A stretch of DNA of 64,000 nt from Raillietiella orientalis (Eukaryota). The stretch covers positions 5,580,001 through 5,644,000 of the forward strand of contig JAYWIR010000004.1 of NCBI GenBank assembly GCA_036172245.1. The letters run 5' to 3'. Both the position numbers and the translations under genes were made by a program. Below the pieces are notes generated by a model that did not search any database, was not told the origin of the DNA, and saw only the letters and a list, made by a program, of their open reading frames with translations. This document shows, piece after piece, positions 37,501-50,695 of this stretch (within the stretch, counting starts at the first letter, position 1; each line of letters starts with the position of its first letter).

Positions 37501-40500
37501 AGGCTTTCTCACCTTTTCGTGGGAAGAAAAATAAGTGTCTGTTATCTCACGATTTTGGAACAGTTCCCTTACCAGAGAGTCTTCCCTAAGACCCTGGTGC
37601 CGTTCAAAGTTTTGTTACCTGGCGTGTCGTGCAAGCAGACGCTTCTCTTTATATCAGTCTTGCTCGTATTCCCTTGCTTCCTTTCAAAAAAAAGTCTTAG
37701 GTGATGGATGTTTGCTGTCTTCTGAAATCCTGTCTGTTCTCTTGATTCCAATTTTTCGATCTCTTCAAAAAGGGGTTTTTAATCTTTTTTTTTGTTTTTA
37801 CATTATAATCCATGTTTGACACCTTCACCTTCATCGAACCAAGGAAGGTGTAGAAATGCAAGTTTGCGAAGCCAAGAAATTTGAAAAAAAAAAAAAAAAA
37901 GAAAAGGAAAAGAAAAGGAGCAGGGATCGAAGACCGAGTGAGAGAGAGAAAGGGAGCAAGGTGAAACTGACGCTTTTCGCTACTAAAATCGTTTGTGTAT
38001 ACTTGGGGATTGTGTGTTACAGGTGACTTCTAGACATGCATGCTTTCGCCATAGGGTTGCTCATGAACACCAGTCATTAAGCGTGCCAAGAATCTGAAGC
38101 CCCCATGAGTTTTCCAGGAAGCTTCAACTACTTACTGCGTGTGGTGTCAAGATAGCTGCTCAGTCAAGAAAGTAACACTTCTGGGGTACTTTTTAAGTAA
38201 GGATCTCTGCTTTCAACACTTTCTTTGGTGCTGATTGTTTCCCAGTTTCCTTGTTATATAACTGCCAGTTGGAGTCTCTTTTATTTTTAAATGAATGACC
38301 TCGGAAAACTCAACACTGAATAACGTGAGCGGGCTACGGCACGAGAAAGAAAATGGAATCAATTGCTTACCTTCCAAAGATGTATTAAGAATCAAACAGG
38401 TAGAGAAATTCCATGATGACTGAAAGAAGCAAATATCTTTCCACGTAAGGGACCAAAAACATTTAGCCGAATGAGATAGTAGAGTCTAGATAAAGTATCC
38501 GCCACTCTACTGCAAACATGTCAAAAATTTCTGTGAGAAGCTCACTTCACTTCTTTTCAGAGTTAACAAGGAACCTGTGCCTGAGAACGAACTTGCGAAA
38601 TGTATGTCACAATCCCAATCCGTTCAATTACTGCTCTGATAGGAGACTCAAGCATGAGCAGTGAGTCCTCAGAAGGGCCCTGGAGCACCATGACATATTT
38701 TCAGGTATCTCCGATAGAGGATCGTCATTTCAACCGATTTTGAAAGCTTTAGGAGCCTTTCAGTCAGCCACGTTACATGTAAGAATAGCCCTAAGAGACA
38801 GATATTAAATATGAATGTATTAATTAATAATCTTAGGCAACGATGAAATCTTCCCTCAGCCTTCTGGCAAGAGGAAGGCTAAGAATCGGTCTACTAAATC
38901 ATCATTTTGGAAAAACTCATCGCAGTATCGGCAGTTCTACGTGCATGAAAGGTTCAAGTTCAGAGAGGGATGTCAAGTGCTGAAACTTCGTTGAGCAGGA
39001 GGAAGAGGGGTGTTTCCAACAAAAGCACTGACAATCATAGATTGACAAAAGCTCTAATCATCCGAATCAACCTGTGGACTCCATGTGGAGCAAGCAAACA
39101 CAGAATATGTTAATATGCTGACCGTAATGAAACACTGAAATTCGCCTACGAGGGAAGGGATCGGACAGTAAATCAGGCTCCGGAGCAGCATCCTGACGCA
39201 GAAATAAAGAAAAGACATCAGAATGCTCGGGGCAGTAAATCTGCATGTCATGGGCTTCGTTATGAAAGGAAAAAATAATAAACGACACGAACGAAATGGA
39301 GAACGAAATTAATTTCGTGTTTTCCTGCCCAGGAATTTAAGGACTCAGCGAATAAAAGAAAAGGAGACAAAACGAAAATCGATAAAAAGAGAAATTCCAG
39401 TGACTGTTCGCTGAGACATAGAAGCAAAAAGCCAGAAGACCAGCTTCCAAAATGTGGGCATGGATTTAGAATGAACGCAATCTGATAAGAGGAGCAGTTT
39501 CCGTAGAATTCTTCCGATTGGATTCGTTTCAGGATTGGAAAAATAAAAGCAACTAGGTCTTAAGCAGCGTCCAAGTTTCCACGGTAGCACCGACGCTTCT
39601 GTGACTTTTACTGGGTTCGGAGGGGAGTGACCCTAAAGCAAGAAAGAAAAATAAAGTGGAAATCTGGGAAAAATGCTTTCAGAGGACAGTGAACAAATGG
39701 AGGATTAGCTCTCTTGGATCGAGCAGTGACTCGTTAACCCGTTCTCTGCTCAATATTCGTGGGGACCATTTCTCTAAATGGTTAGACACAATCTTTTTTT
39801 ATTTGTTTCCCACCTATGAGCTCTTCCTGTTTGAAGAAGTCTGAAAAAAATCTTATGATTTTATTGTGGACACCAAATATGTATAACTTACCTAAATGCT
39901 TATACATCCATGGAAATCCAAAGGAGGACGATTAGTAGCTTTCTGAATTCCGTTCAGGAATTTATGGAGTTATTGCACTGCTCCCTTTTAATTCGATATT
40001 TCCACATTGCTGTGAGAATCTCCCCGGTTCCTTTACCTTTCAACCTTCGAGGGCTTGAACCTATTCATCGTTCCTATCCGTTCCGTTGCAATTCTCTCCT
40101 TGTTGAATCTTTTGCGAGTTTCCCGCCACGACGATATGAAAGCCTCGGTTTACTTATTCCCACCGTATTTCTGCGATTTTCCACCACCTGTTCTGGTGAA
40201 TTCCAAATCGGACTTGGGATCAACATGTGCACACAAGTCCACTACGTATCATCAAGAGATGAAGTTACACCGCTGCTGGACCCCTGCAGAATGCTCTTCC
40301 AAAAGCTTTGAATAACAGAGAATTGATTTTTAGGCAGAGAGGATCGGCATCGACTCTTTATGATTTCTCGCCTTACATCGCTAATGCAATGCATAATGAA
40401 GATTGCAGTATTAATACAAATGTCATTTTTCGATTATCCTGGGAAAGATAGATCTTTCGGAATGCTCGTTACATCTTCGGATTCCACTTCATTGAAGCGA

Positions 40501-40649
40501 CTAAATGACTTTTTCCTTTCTTCTAAGTTGCAGAAGGAAAGATTTTCAAAAATGCGCTCGAAACAGCTTTGGTTTTGGGCTCCACCTCCAAGTTGGGGGT
40601 GTAGTTTTGCAATCCGATCTAAGTTGCTTTTTCTAAATCCACCGAAGGT

Positions 40650-41298
40650 TTCGACATTCATTCTGTGTTCATGAAATTCCATGAAAGAGACCTCGTGGCT
40701 AAGTTTGTGTGCAGGAATTACTTACTGAGAAATACAATACGAAAATTCATTTCAAAAATAGGGCGGTCCTCATGGCTTGATGAAATGGCGACTCATTTGG
40801 CATCACTTGCCAATAAAGTATCTCTTCAAGATGTGGACTCAAAAACGATCGTAGATGTTGAAATTCAGTGTCCAAGATTGCCGTACATCTGAATACTTGT
40901 TGCTGCAATGAAACCGAAATGGCACAGTACATTCTCTTGGAAGCAAGGCGAAAAAGTGCTTTCAACTTCACACTAAGGGTTCAGAAATCAAAGGAAATGC
41001 ACCAACTGGAAGTCGACAGAGCAGCTCAAGAAACTGGAAGCAGCCGACTGTGGGCACCGTGAACTTAAGCAGATCCAAACTGATTGAAGAAACTGTACAG
41101 TACTTCTCGACTGCAGAAAGTCTTGAACTTGTACATTTCCACGACCACAAACGAAATCATGGTGAAGATTTTCAAGATGCACTTGTAGTAAACATCTCAC
41201 GTATCTTCTCGGACGTAATGGTATCTCGTGTCGTGAATAGGATTTAGTTGTGTTTACAGACACACACACACACACACACAATCATCATCATCATCATC
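40650..41298 (+). mobile_element. Decayed RTE-like LINE RT fragment followed by (CA)n(ATC)n
   Basis: LRVQKSKEM and IEETVQYF remnants (L.IN..KTK.M / IE.V..F.YLG); microsatellite tract at ~41260-41298. Confidence 0.35.
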
Positions 41299-44080
41299 CA
41301 TGTTACTTTTTCACAAAGCTATGAAGTAATTACGAACGACCATTTTCCATATTTTTTAATAAATTAAAATTACATAGGAAGGTAATATGTGCTGCACAAA
41401 CTAAATTCATTTCTCCGATGTCATACTGATTAAAAGGGTTGTTTTTGTGGATTGTGAGGGATATTCACTAATTTTTAGATCACATAAAGTTTTCTAAACG
41501 ATTCGTAGCAAAGGCGAGCTTGGTATAAAACTGCATCTTCCTATAAGCAATAAAAAACTCCTCGAAGCATAACCTGGAGCCTGACGTCTTGCCCTTATGA
41601 AGGAAATTAGGAAATGCATGCCAGCGGAAAGATGAAAGCGTTGCTTAGCGAAATTTTCTCGGAATTAGTCCACCGGACTGTACACAAAATTCCGTGATAT
41701 GTACCACTGAGTGCGAAGAATAAGATGGGAGCCACCACATCGAAGTCAAATGGAAAACTTTTCCCTCGGATCGATTCAGAATTTCTATCAGAGGCGATGA
41801 CGGGAGAACGGTTGTAAGAATTCGGGCAGCCATTCAATCCAGTCAAGCATCCACATCAGTGAATCAGATGGCTATATTACTGTTGATGATGCCAGGCTTA
41901 GTGGATGACTGCTAAATAAGTATATCCGACCAAAACGGGAAAGGCCGATGAAAACATTCGAATTTTGAGAAAAAGCTGGCGACTTGTGCATCCAAGGTTA
42001 AGAAGACCATCCGATTTGTGGGCGATAAGCTGCACCAAAGAAAGAGCTGTAAGAAAAGTTGGGAGCTCTTTCCGATTTGGATCATGTGGGATGCCATCCG
42101 TTATATGGAAGAGTGAATTGCATGCGTGAGTAAATCTATGAACCGGTTCCCGAAAAATCACGAATTTCATGGCTTCTGCCTCTTCCATTCTTGTTTCCGA
42201 AAATATTTCCGGGAATACAAGAATTTTCAGTGCACAAAACCTTTAAAAAAAAATATTGTAGAGAGAAGCGAGCAGAATACTCGGGGCCATGCTTGAAGTT
42301 GTGGATTTAGAATCCAAAATTACAAATAGATTCAGCAATAATATCCCAATTCATGGAACAGGAAAGAACACATCCAGACAAACTGTACATTTCAGTGGAC
42401 AATAATAGAAGAAGAAAAAAAAAAAACTTTTCAAATAAGCCGAGATTGAGGAAAATTCGAATACACGTATTTCCAGTGAATTCGTCTCAAGTCCCATTTC
42501 ATTTCGACAACGTATTCTGGCACCAGTCACTAAAAAGCACAATATCCCTCAGTGGTCCCACATCCCGTACAGCGCCTTTTTTGTACACTGGTGCAACGAG
42601 GTTCTTGCATTGCCCAGCCCCAGTGGACGAACCCAAAAATTTCTGGTAATAATTCGAATTTTACAATATTGATCGTGTGTTTTATCAGCTCCAAACATTA
42701 AAACCAAACGTCTAACTTTCTAATGGCATCATTCGAATTGCTTTAACATCAGCACACATAATCTAAGCAATTTCCTTTATAGTATGCCTCATTTCCCGAA
42801 AATGCCTTTCGATCACGGTCAAAATCAAATTAGATAGACTAACTCCTTTATACGTAATGTCATCCTTATTAGGATGATGTTTAGGAACCGGAAATGTTAT
42901 TCCGTTACTCGTGACACAGGAAGTAATTTTATTTATGGGAGGGCGTTTACTTTATTTTTACTTAAAAATCCGAGGAAAACCTCTTTCCAAGCGGTGAATG
43001 CATTGAAAGCAGAGGGCAAAACCATTCCGTGGATTTGCAGAATTTATGTTGCGTGTGTGTGTGTACAGTTGTGTTTATTGCCTCGTGCCCTGGCGGTGGA
43101 TTAATAGGAGAAAACAGTTGGGAATATTATAAAATCCGGACATCCGGACAGCGCGGGATCTAATTAAAAGTCACGAAATTCGAGGGATTCCAGATTCAAT
43201 CGCCTGTATCTGCATCGGGATGCTGATCAATAATCGAGATGTGAAATCCAGCGGCTGGAAACGAGTCAAACAAGCTGTTAAATGCTTTTTGGAAACAGCG
43301 TTCCAAAAGATGGGTACTGAACGCAGCAGCAAATGAGGACGCGGAAAGATTGGTCTGCGGACCTCTTTTACAGATGAAAGTTCGGCAACGGCCTTCCAAT
43401 GGACCGTGGGATGGAATCAAAACATGTGGAGTGGGGAAAAGGCAAGCGTGCCATAGGGCAAACCATCTCCATTCCAAAGTAATCCAAGATCTCTCCGTCC
43501 ACAAAGGAAACTGTAAATAGGATTATTCATTTCTGACTCGTCGCAGCCGGCAGAAGAGCACCTCAGTAGACCCAGCTTTCGAGATGGTAGGGTGAAGATC
43601 AGGTTCCCTAAAGCAATTTCTTCACGAAAACGTCGAAACAACGAGTAATGCAGCACAAAAATATCTTTACTCATTCTCTCTAAATGAATGCGAGGAACAG
43701 ATACTGTGAATTATTATACTGTGAATACTACATCACTTTATCAATCTTTGTCATATCCGTACCCCTTCATCGTGGGTGTTCTGAATTTTCAAAGTGTTCA
43801 TGGGTATTCTGAATATCCTTCAATGTGAACCGAGATTGTGATGGTTACTTCACTAGCAAACAGAAAAATCCCTGAGAATGCGAGACGGCTCACTGATTTG
43901 CATCCTTGTTTTGAAAGAACTATCAAAGTAGTGACCTCAGGATGCAATTTTGATGCTCCGCCACCATGGTCATTTACGCAGAGAGGAGGCATCAAACCAT
44001 CATTTCAGGAATTTACAACATTTACATCAATTTTATATTTTGTTCGAGATCATTCTCTCCCTTCCCCTTCCTCCGCCCAT

Positions 44081-44111
<31 letters not shown>

Positions 44112-46747
44112 GGAAGGTGCTTAACTCTTGGGGAAATTCATACCAAAAATATTTTCTCAAAAGACGAAAAGCATTCCCAAGCACTGAAAAATCTATAGAG
44201 TGTTTCTCCTAAACATAAAGATATAAAGTACACTTCTGTTTTTATCTGTTCGTCTACACGGAAAGAATGGATGTGATCCTCGGCCATCCTCCACATGAGG
44301 TAATTTATGCAGAGATGCAAAGCAGAAAATGAAATTTACTGTCGTTTGCAAATCGATGATCATTCGAACATGAAATCCAAAGCTGTGCAATATCCTCTTG
44401 TCACATGAATGTACAAACTGTTTTAATTATTTGGGTATTTCTGCTACAGGAATGAAAGAAAGAAGGCAGAGTAAGCATTGCAACTGCATCCGGAGGAGGA
44501 ACTTGATATCCATAACGAGGACTCTTTTAAAGAATGCTTGAAGACAAAGAGCAACATCCATTCAATGGAAATACATTGTGTGCGTGCGGATGGGTTTTGA
44601 AAGAGGTTTTGTCTTTTTTTTTTTTTTTACCTATAGTTTGATGCATTTTTTTCATAAATCAAAACGCTGATTCATAGGCGAATCAATTTAAAACAAAAAT
44701 TCCAAAGGGCAATTGCTGTACTTGAATTGAGCATGCCATCAGCATTGTGGTTCAACCGTTTCATAAAAACAGCAAAAAGTTTTGAAAAACATCCTAAATA
44801 AGCGATAGTTTGAAAAGATGTACAAACATATATATATGTATAAAAAAATGTTGCTTAAGTAAGCTTTGAAGATCCAGAACCAGCATCTTCTGATCTTTGG
44901 GTCAAGCGTCGAAGCGCCCAAGTTTGTTTGATCGTAGCAATCTCTGAATCCTGGCTCATGACTAGATCCCGTTTTTCTCAATTTAGTTGAGTATGCAGGG
45001 AACCGTTCATCACTTTGCTGGTTTAGAAATCTCACATTTAGCCTCTTTCCTTGTGTCCTGAATAATGCTCTTATCTGCAGTGTTCTTGTTTTTTTCGATC
45101 CGCTGCAGTTTCCAACTTTGCATCTGTAGAGTGATTTGCTATTATGCTTGAACGGAAATTCTGAACTTTTTCTACACTCGCATGCTAGAAAACCATCTAC
45201 GGGTGCACTTTCCATGCAATTCTTACCATGAAAGCGACACAGGAGTGAGATAAGCGATGCTGGAATGAAAATGATCTGGGACTTGCATATTAATGACCTA
45301 AAGCATATCAGCATGCAATCAAAGAGGCAACTATTCAAAGTCATTTGACCAATGCGGGATAAAGCTTATGGATAATCTCGCCGTTGCAACATAGGAAATT
45401 TAATTTGAATGAAATGTTAGGAATGTCTAGATACGAAGACATATCGATGTATGGAGAACTTCAAATCCCCTCTGCTTACTCTTCAGCTCTGAAAAGCTCC
45501 AGGACAGCATGCGAAATGGATTTGATAACTTTACATGTGACGAAAAAGATAGATCAACAGGTCGTTTTGGGGTGATGATTATGACGTAAATCAGTGTATT
45601 TCGTACTTAAGAAATGACTCTATGAAGGACTCTTAAGAAATGGATTCTCGATGCAACGAAACCGAAAAATCACGATTCACGTGAAACTGATCACTTTCTT
45701 CAGGATAACACTAAAACTGAATGTTTTTAACAAGGAATAAAGCTCACTAGTAGTGATGATTATATGATAGTCATGAGTTGACAGGAATTACGTCGACGGC
45801 GAATTCCATTCAGGGCTTTTTTGCCTTGGGCTTCAACTGCTTTCCATTCCTAAAGATATGCAAGATCCACATTTCTGTATAGTGTGTAAAAGAGATGGTT
45901 CTGTTTCTGCATTCGTTAATTCATTAATTTCATAGAATTCATCAAGTTTTGTAGATTCGTGGAAACGTATATGTGCTGAGCTTAATCAGGGATGGGGTAC
46001 TCAAACCTGGTTAGCTTTTGCGCCGAGGTCTCGGGAAGTTCCCAGATCATCCTAGAAAGATTAAGTGATGTGCCAAAAATGGGAAAGATATGGGTTCCTG
46101 GAGACGTTAGATCTACTCATTTGCTTTTTGGTTGCAGATTCAGCTCAAAATCAACAACATATTTTTTTTATGCACATAAATATATATATATATATTTATA
46201 GATGGCACTAACAGCCCGTCGACTAACGTTCGACGTAGTCTTCAGACAACTAAGTGAAGTTTCCTAAAGAAAAATGGAGGTTTCCTATGAGTAATGCTAG
46301 TTTCTTTGTAAGTAAGACAGAACAAAAAACGTTGCAAATGAAATCCAAATAAGGCAGGAGGCTGAAAAACAAGCATATTCAGAAAATCCTTTAATAAATT
46401 GTGGATTATTCTTTGCGAAAAGACCTACAAGAACAATAAAATATGAACAGGCTGAGTTCTCTTCATTCTTTATTCTTCGTTTTCATGCTTTTTTAAATGC
46501 GTATTGGGGACACAGAAAAATGCATCTAACGAGAAGATAACCTCAAATCTCTAAAAGGATTCCGTTTTGATTCCGTGTGCAAACATGGTCTTTGCACTTG
46601 AATAAAGCGTTCTTGGTACAGAGATCACCTGGAAGTAAGAACGGTCTCGAATACTTGTTGAAACTACTTAAAAGGAGTCCGACAAAGTGATCCAAATAAA
46701 GAAAACCGTGTTCTATAAGTGGGATGTCAAAATCAACAGAGAGAAAA

Positions 46748-46772
46748 TGAGAGAGAGAGAGAGAGAGAGAGA
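46748..46772 (+). repeat. (GA)n microsatellite
   Basis: Direct reading. Confidence 0.9.
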
Positions 46773-48859
46773 AATCTCAGTTATCACACGGATGTCTCAT
46801 CTCAAATTTATAATATTACAACTCCTCAGTTCGCTGTTTTTTCCCCAGTCTTGGAGCTGCAAATAGAAGAGCAGAAATTCCACGCGGTCATGTCAGTTCT
46901 TTGTGGGATCTTCACAGAGATATTAGTAGATTCTCTCTGTTGAACAAATTGTGCAAGTCAGAGTACACAGATCCCCAAAATGATTCTTTAGAGAAGAGAT
47001 GGGAATCTTCCGATCTCGATGCCTGGTGTTTTATTATACGCGATATTGGACTCTCACTCGATTCATCATGGCTGGAACATATTTACACCAGGAGGTGACA
47101 TCCCTGAATTTGTTCCGACCACAAATGCTTCCTCTGTTCATCCTGCATATTTTTTTCCTCCCTGTTAATGACATATCGACTCAAAGGGAGCCTTAACATA
47201 CTTGGCATTTCAAAAGTGGTTCTGCAGTATTGGAAACAGCATGGCACATTGCCTAGAAACAGTTCAAAGAAATGACATGCTACCCAAATTGACGAATCCT
47301 CATGTCCTTACATTTTGTTGGGCCTCTGTATAAATGCATTTCTAGCTTGATAGATCAAATTTATAAACATTGAATTTAAGAAACCGGGGCAATTCCCCTC
47401 AAGTAACAAGGAAAAAGGACGTTTTCTTCTCGAATGCGTCCTTTCTTTAATTTCCCAAAGTATTTTATGTGTTAACATGCCCCAAACTGAAAGCATGGCA
47501 CCACGTCCACCCTTGCCCCATTCGTACTGGAACTGCAAATCGTGGAGATGCTTCTTCTTGCGTCAAGATCTCCACTTGCTCGGAACTGTCTTTTCTGCAC
47601 TCCTTTCGAAATGCCTCTCATCTGCATTATCTTTGTACTGACCGAATTCACACACGAAAATAGTTTACACCCTATATTCAAATTACATTTCATATACTGA
47701 GAACGAAATCACGACCACAGATGACACGATGCAGGATGGTTGATTCGGATTCATTTTGAGGCGCACTTTCACTTTCTGGAACGGCGGCGCTTCATTATTT
47801 TCCGATGAGCACCTTTATGAGAAGGATCAGAAAAAGCCAAGTTTTCGATTTTCTGAAAAAAGTGGGTTGCCGCAGATTCAGCGACCACGAAAGGCCCTAT
47901 TAGCTGGGATTAGGCTTTTGCTTCGTTTCTATGAGTCATCTAAACGACCGAGGTGGGTCGACACTTTTCCAACAAACGAAATGGAACGACGGGCGATTCT
48001 ATTGACACCAGAACTTCTGTCGTCAACCCTCTATTCCGAACGGAACATACTTCCAGTAGAGAAAATATTCACGAGATCGCAAGTGCCGGCCTTCAGATAC
48101 TGCATTTTCACTTTCGGTTCGTTTTATCTACGGACACGCAGGCCTGCCATGCGACCTCAGCGGCATCGCCGCAGAGTTGACCGAAGAGCACGAGCTTCTG
48201 GTTACGGTTTACTCGGACAACGGAAACAAAATCGAATCCAAATGCGTGCATTCCGCACAGTTTAAAAAAATCGCCATCAACGAATGCAATGAAGAAGTTT
48301 GCGAAAGAGTGAAAAGGTTCCCCTCCCCTCCCCTCTCATTGAAACTTTTCATTTCTAAAAAATTCCAGCCATCTATTGAAAATCTTATTGGCAGCAACTG
48401 CTGATTCAGTATTTAAGATTCGTCCCAGATCGAAAAGATTTTGGATCGTCACCTACGAAAGGGCGAACCACCTGTCTACAAGTAGTGAGAAGCGCTTGCT
48501 GATTATGGGGCAGTGGGTTCGAGTCTCAGAACTCCCAGTAGCAGAGAGAGAACGAAACGGATTTGTGGCGCACGCGTTTCGACGTCGAACATGCATCGAA
48601 TGACGTGCAGGACAAAGCGAAACCACACAGAAGAGAGGCACAAGAAATGCAGGATGCAAAGGCAAGTATGCTGACTGCTTGAAGAGCGAAACAAAGCAGC
48701 GATCCACGAGGCGAAAATGACAAATTCAGCAACGGGAAGAAGCTGGCTGTTCTCGCGATCCTTTTCCATCTCCAGGAGGTAAGCAGCATTTCAGGAACAT
48801 TGGGAATTCATTCTCGCCAAACTGTAGGAACAAACGTGAACCACAAAGGACTAAAGCAA

Positions 48860-49760
48860 ACAAGGAATCTCCTTTGCATCCACGTACACGTTAAGTGCAC
48901 GGATGGAATGTCGTCAGGTACTTGGAGTTGTCTGGAGACTTCCAGAGGGTAGGCAGGAATCTTGTGGGACCATCGCGCGCAGGTCGGTTCCCGACCCGAA
49001 TGTGCAACGCAGCAAGCCCCTTTGAGCAAGGGGACCAGTCTCGGACACGGTCCAGTAGACATTAGGGGTTCGTGGCATCCTCCCCAGGAACATTCTCTTA
49101 AGGTGTTAACTTCACGAAAGTAAAGCAGAAAGATCGCGCTTCCTCTTCAGATCGCAACGGAATGCCAATTCTTTTTTCCGAGGTGGTGATTAAGGCTGCA
49201 GCGATCCCCAGGCACACCCGGTAGGGAGAACACAAAGTATCCATCCATCTGCCACTTTGCTTTCTTCATCGGTCTGAGGAACGCCGCATCCTACTTATCT
49301 GACTTCAGGGAGTTTTCAGGAACCCCTGCAATCCTTTAAACCATTCCGAATCTCTGAGGTGATTAGGCTATGACGAGAACACCAACCCTGCTGTGATGGG
49401 ACGTACTCAAGCAGGTCAACCGTGCTGCCGAGGATTTCATCACAGCCACCACGATCCCAGTGACCGGAAAGGGTCGGGTCTTCCAGAGATCTGGAAGATC
49501 CCAAAGTGATGATGCGCTTCAACGCAGGACCCAAGATGTGAGTTTCGACAAGAAGCGAGCCCCTGAGATGCTGGGAGATCTTGGAAACCTGCCGGGCATC
49601 CTTCATGAAACGCTGCACCCGTTTCCGGAAGAGTGTGTGGAACACGTCGTGCTGGGTAGTCTGCGTCCCAGTCTGACGGGAAGCCGTTCTTCTTCAGGCT
49701 GGCTTCCTGGAAGCGGGTACGTCTGCAGCAGTATCGCACGCACTGTGGCGCGAGCAGTCC
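48860..49760 (-). mobile_element. Decayed ORF1 (gag-like nucleic-acid-binding protein) of an I/Nimb/Jockey-group non-LTR retrotransposon
   Basis: Minus-strand translation VSKISQHLRGSLLVETH...LKRIITLG...DLLEYVPSQQG matches the recalled ORF1 pattern (K-LRSGDLLVET...LL.L...L..QGV). Downstream remnants PTCAR and VYVDAKEI fit a broken CCHC-knuckle region. Many stops and frameshifts. Confidence 0.55.
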
Positions 49761-50188
49761 CGTGAGAACTCACGCGGACTTCTGCAGAGCTGAGCGGCAC
49801 GGAAAAAAACCCTCAAGACCTCGGAATCGGGTTGCTCTCCGAAGAAGAAAGGTCTCCCGTTACGCGGCCACCGAAATCGACGAAAAAAAGGGCCCCCCCA
49901 TCCACCTGGGAACTTGTGGCTCAGGCCCCGTCTATCACCATGCAAGGCTGTGGCCCACATCCTTGCTGCGTTCACGAGCGACAGAGTGGTAGCCCACTCA
50001 CGTCCAGGTGAAGAAATCCACAGGAGGTTCGCCAAGCACGCAAGGACAGTTCGCTCGGCGGCTCACGAAGCTCTTCAATACCTGTCTGCTCCACTCGAGG
50101 GGGAGTGTCACTCTCCAAGTCATAGGGGATACCTCGGGAGTGGTCCATCCTATGAATCCAGGAAGGGCTCGGAGTTCGTTCCTCTCTC

Positions 50189-50570
50189 ACCTGGAAGAGA
50201 ACACCGAAGGGAACCGACCCTCCACCCTGGTTGTCTCCGAAGGGAATCTCCTTCCCTAATCTCTCCAGAGGGACCCCCTGGAGAAGGTCACTTCATTATT
50301 TCTTCTCCGGAGGGCACCCGCGAGGGAACCGCTCCGTTTGCTCCTCCTCCGAAGAGAACCCCGAAGGGAAGTTTTCAAATTTCTCTGAAGGGCGCTCTCC
50401 GAAGGGAGCAGCGCCCTTCTCTGGAGAGGTACCAATCCACCAGCTCCATGGTACGAGATGGAGTGTCCCCTTCCTAGGAAGGGGGAGGGCGGGAGGCTCC
50501 ATTTGCACAACCGGTGGGGAACCCCGAAGGGAGCCTTCTCTTCCTTGATTCCCGGAAGGAGCCCGGAGGA
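50189..50570 (-). repeat. Degenerate array of ~9 copies of a (CT)CCGAAGGGAACC motif, mostly as dimers, ~28-45 bp period with one longer gap
   Basis: Unit starts near 50189, 50234, 50262, 50304, 50346, 50382, 50418, 50509, 50549; intact CCGAAG at 50204, 50237, 50349, 50361, 50399, 50524. Confidence 0.75.
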
Positions 50571-50628
50571 TCGACTTCCGAATCCCAAACACTCAACGGG
50601 AGCTCCGTTTTGGGGAGGGGAGGGGGGG

Positions 50629-50695
50629 GGGGATTCGAAACCCTACGGCGCGCCCATTTCTCTGGCATCGATCCTCTACGTGGGGATTCGAACCC
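50629..50695 (-). promoter_or_regulatory. Two tRNA T-arm/B-box-like motifs (possible Pol III internal promoter or SINE-like head)
   Basis: Minus strand reads GTGGGTTCGAATCCCCAC (core 50695-50682) and GGGTTTCGAATCCCC (50643-50629). No complete cloverleaf is visible. Confidence 0.5.

Noticed and set aside
44959..44981. miR-279-family lookalike (tgactagatcc...)
   Set aside because: Only the first ~11 nt match the recalled mature sequence, and the upstream arm pairs for about 10 nt, too little for a pre-miRNA.
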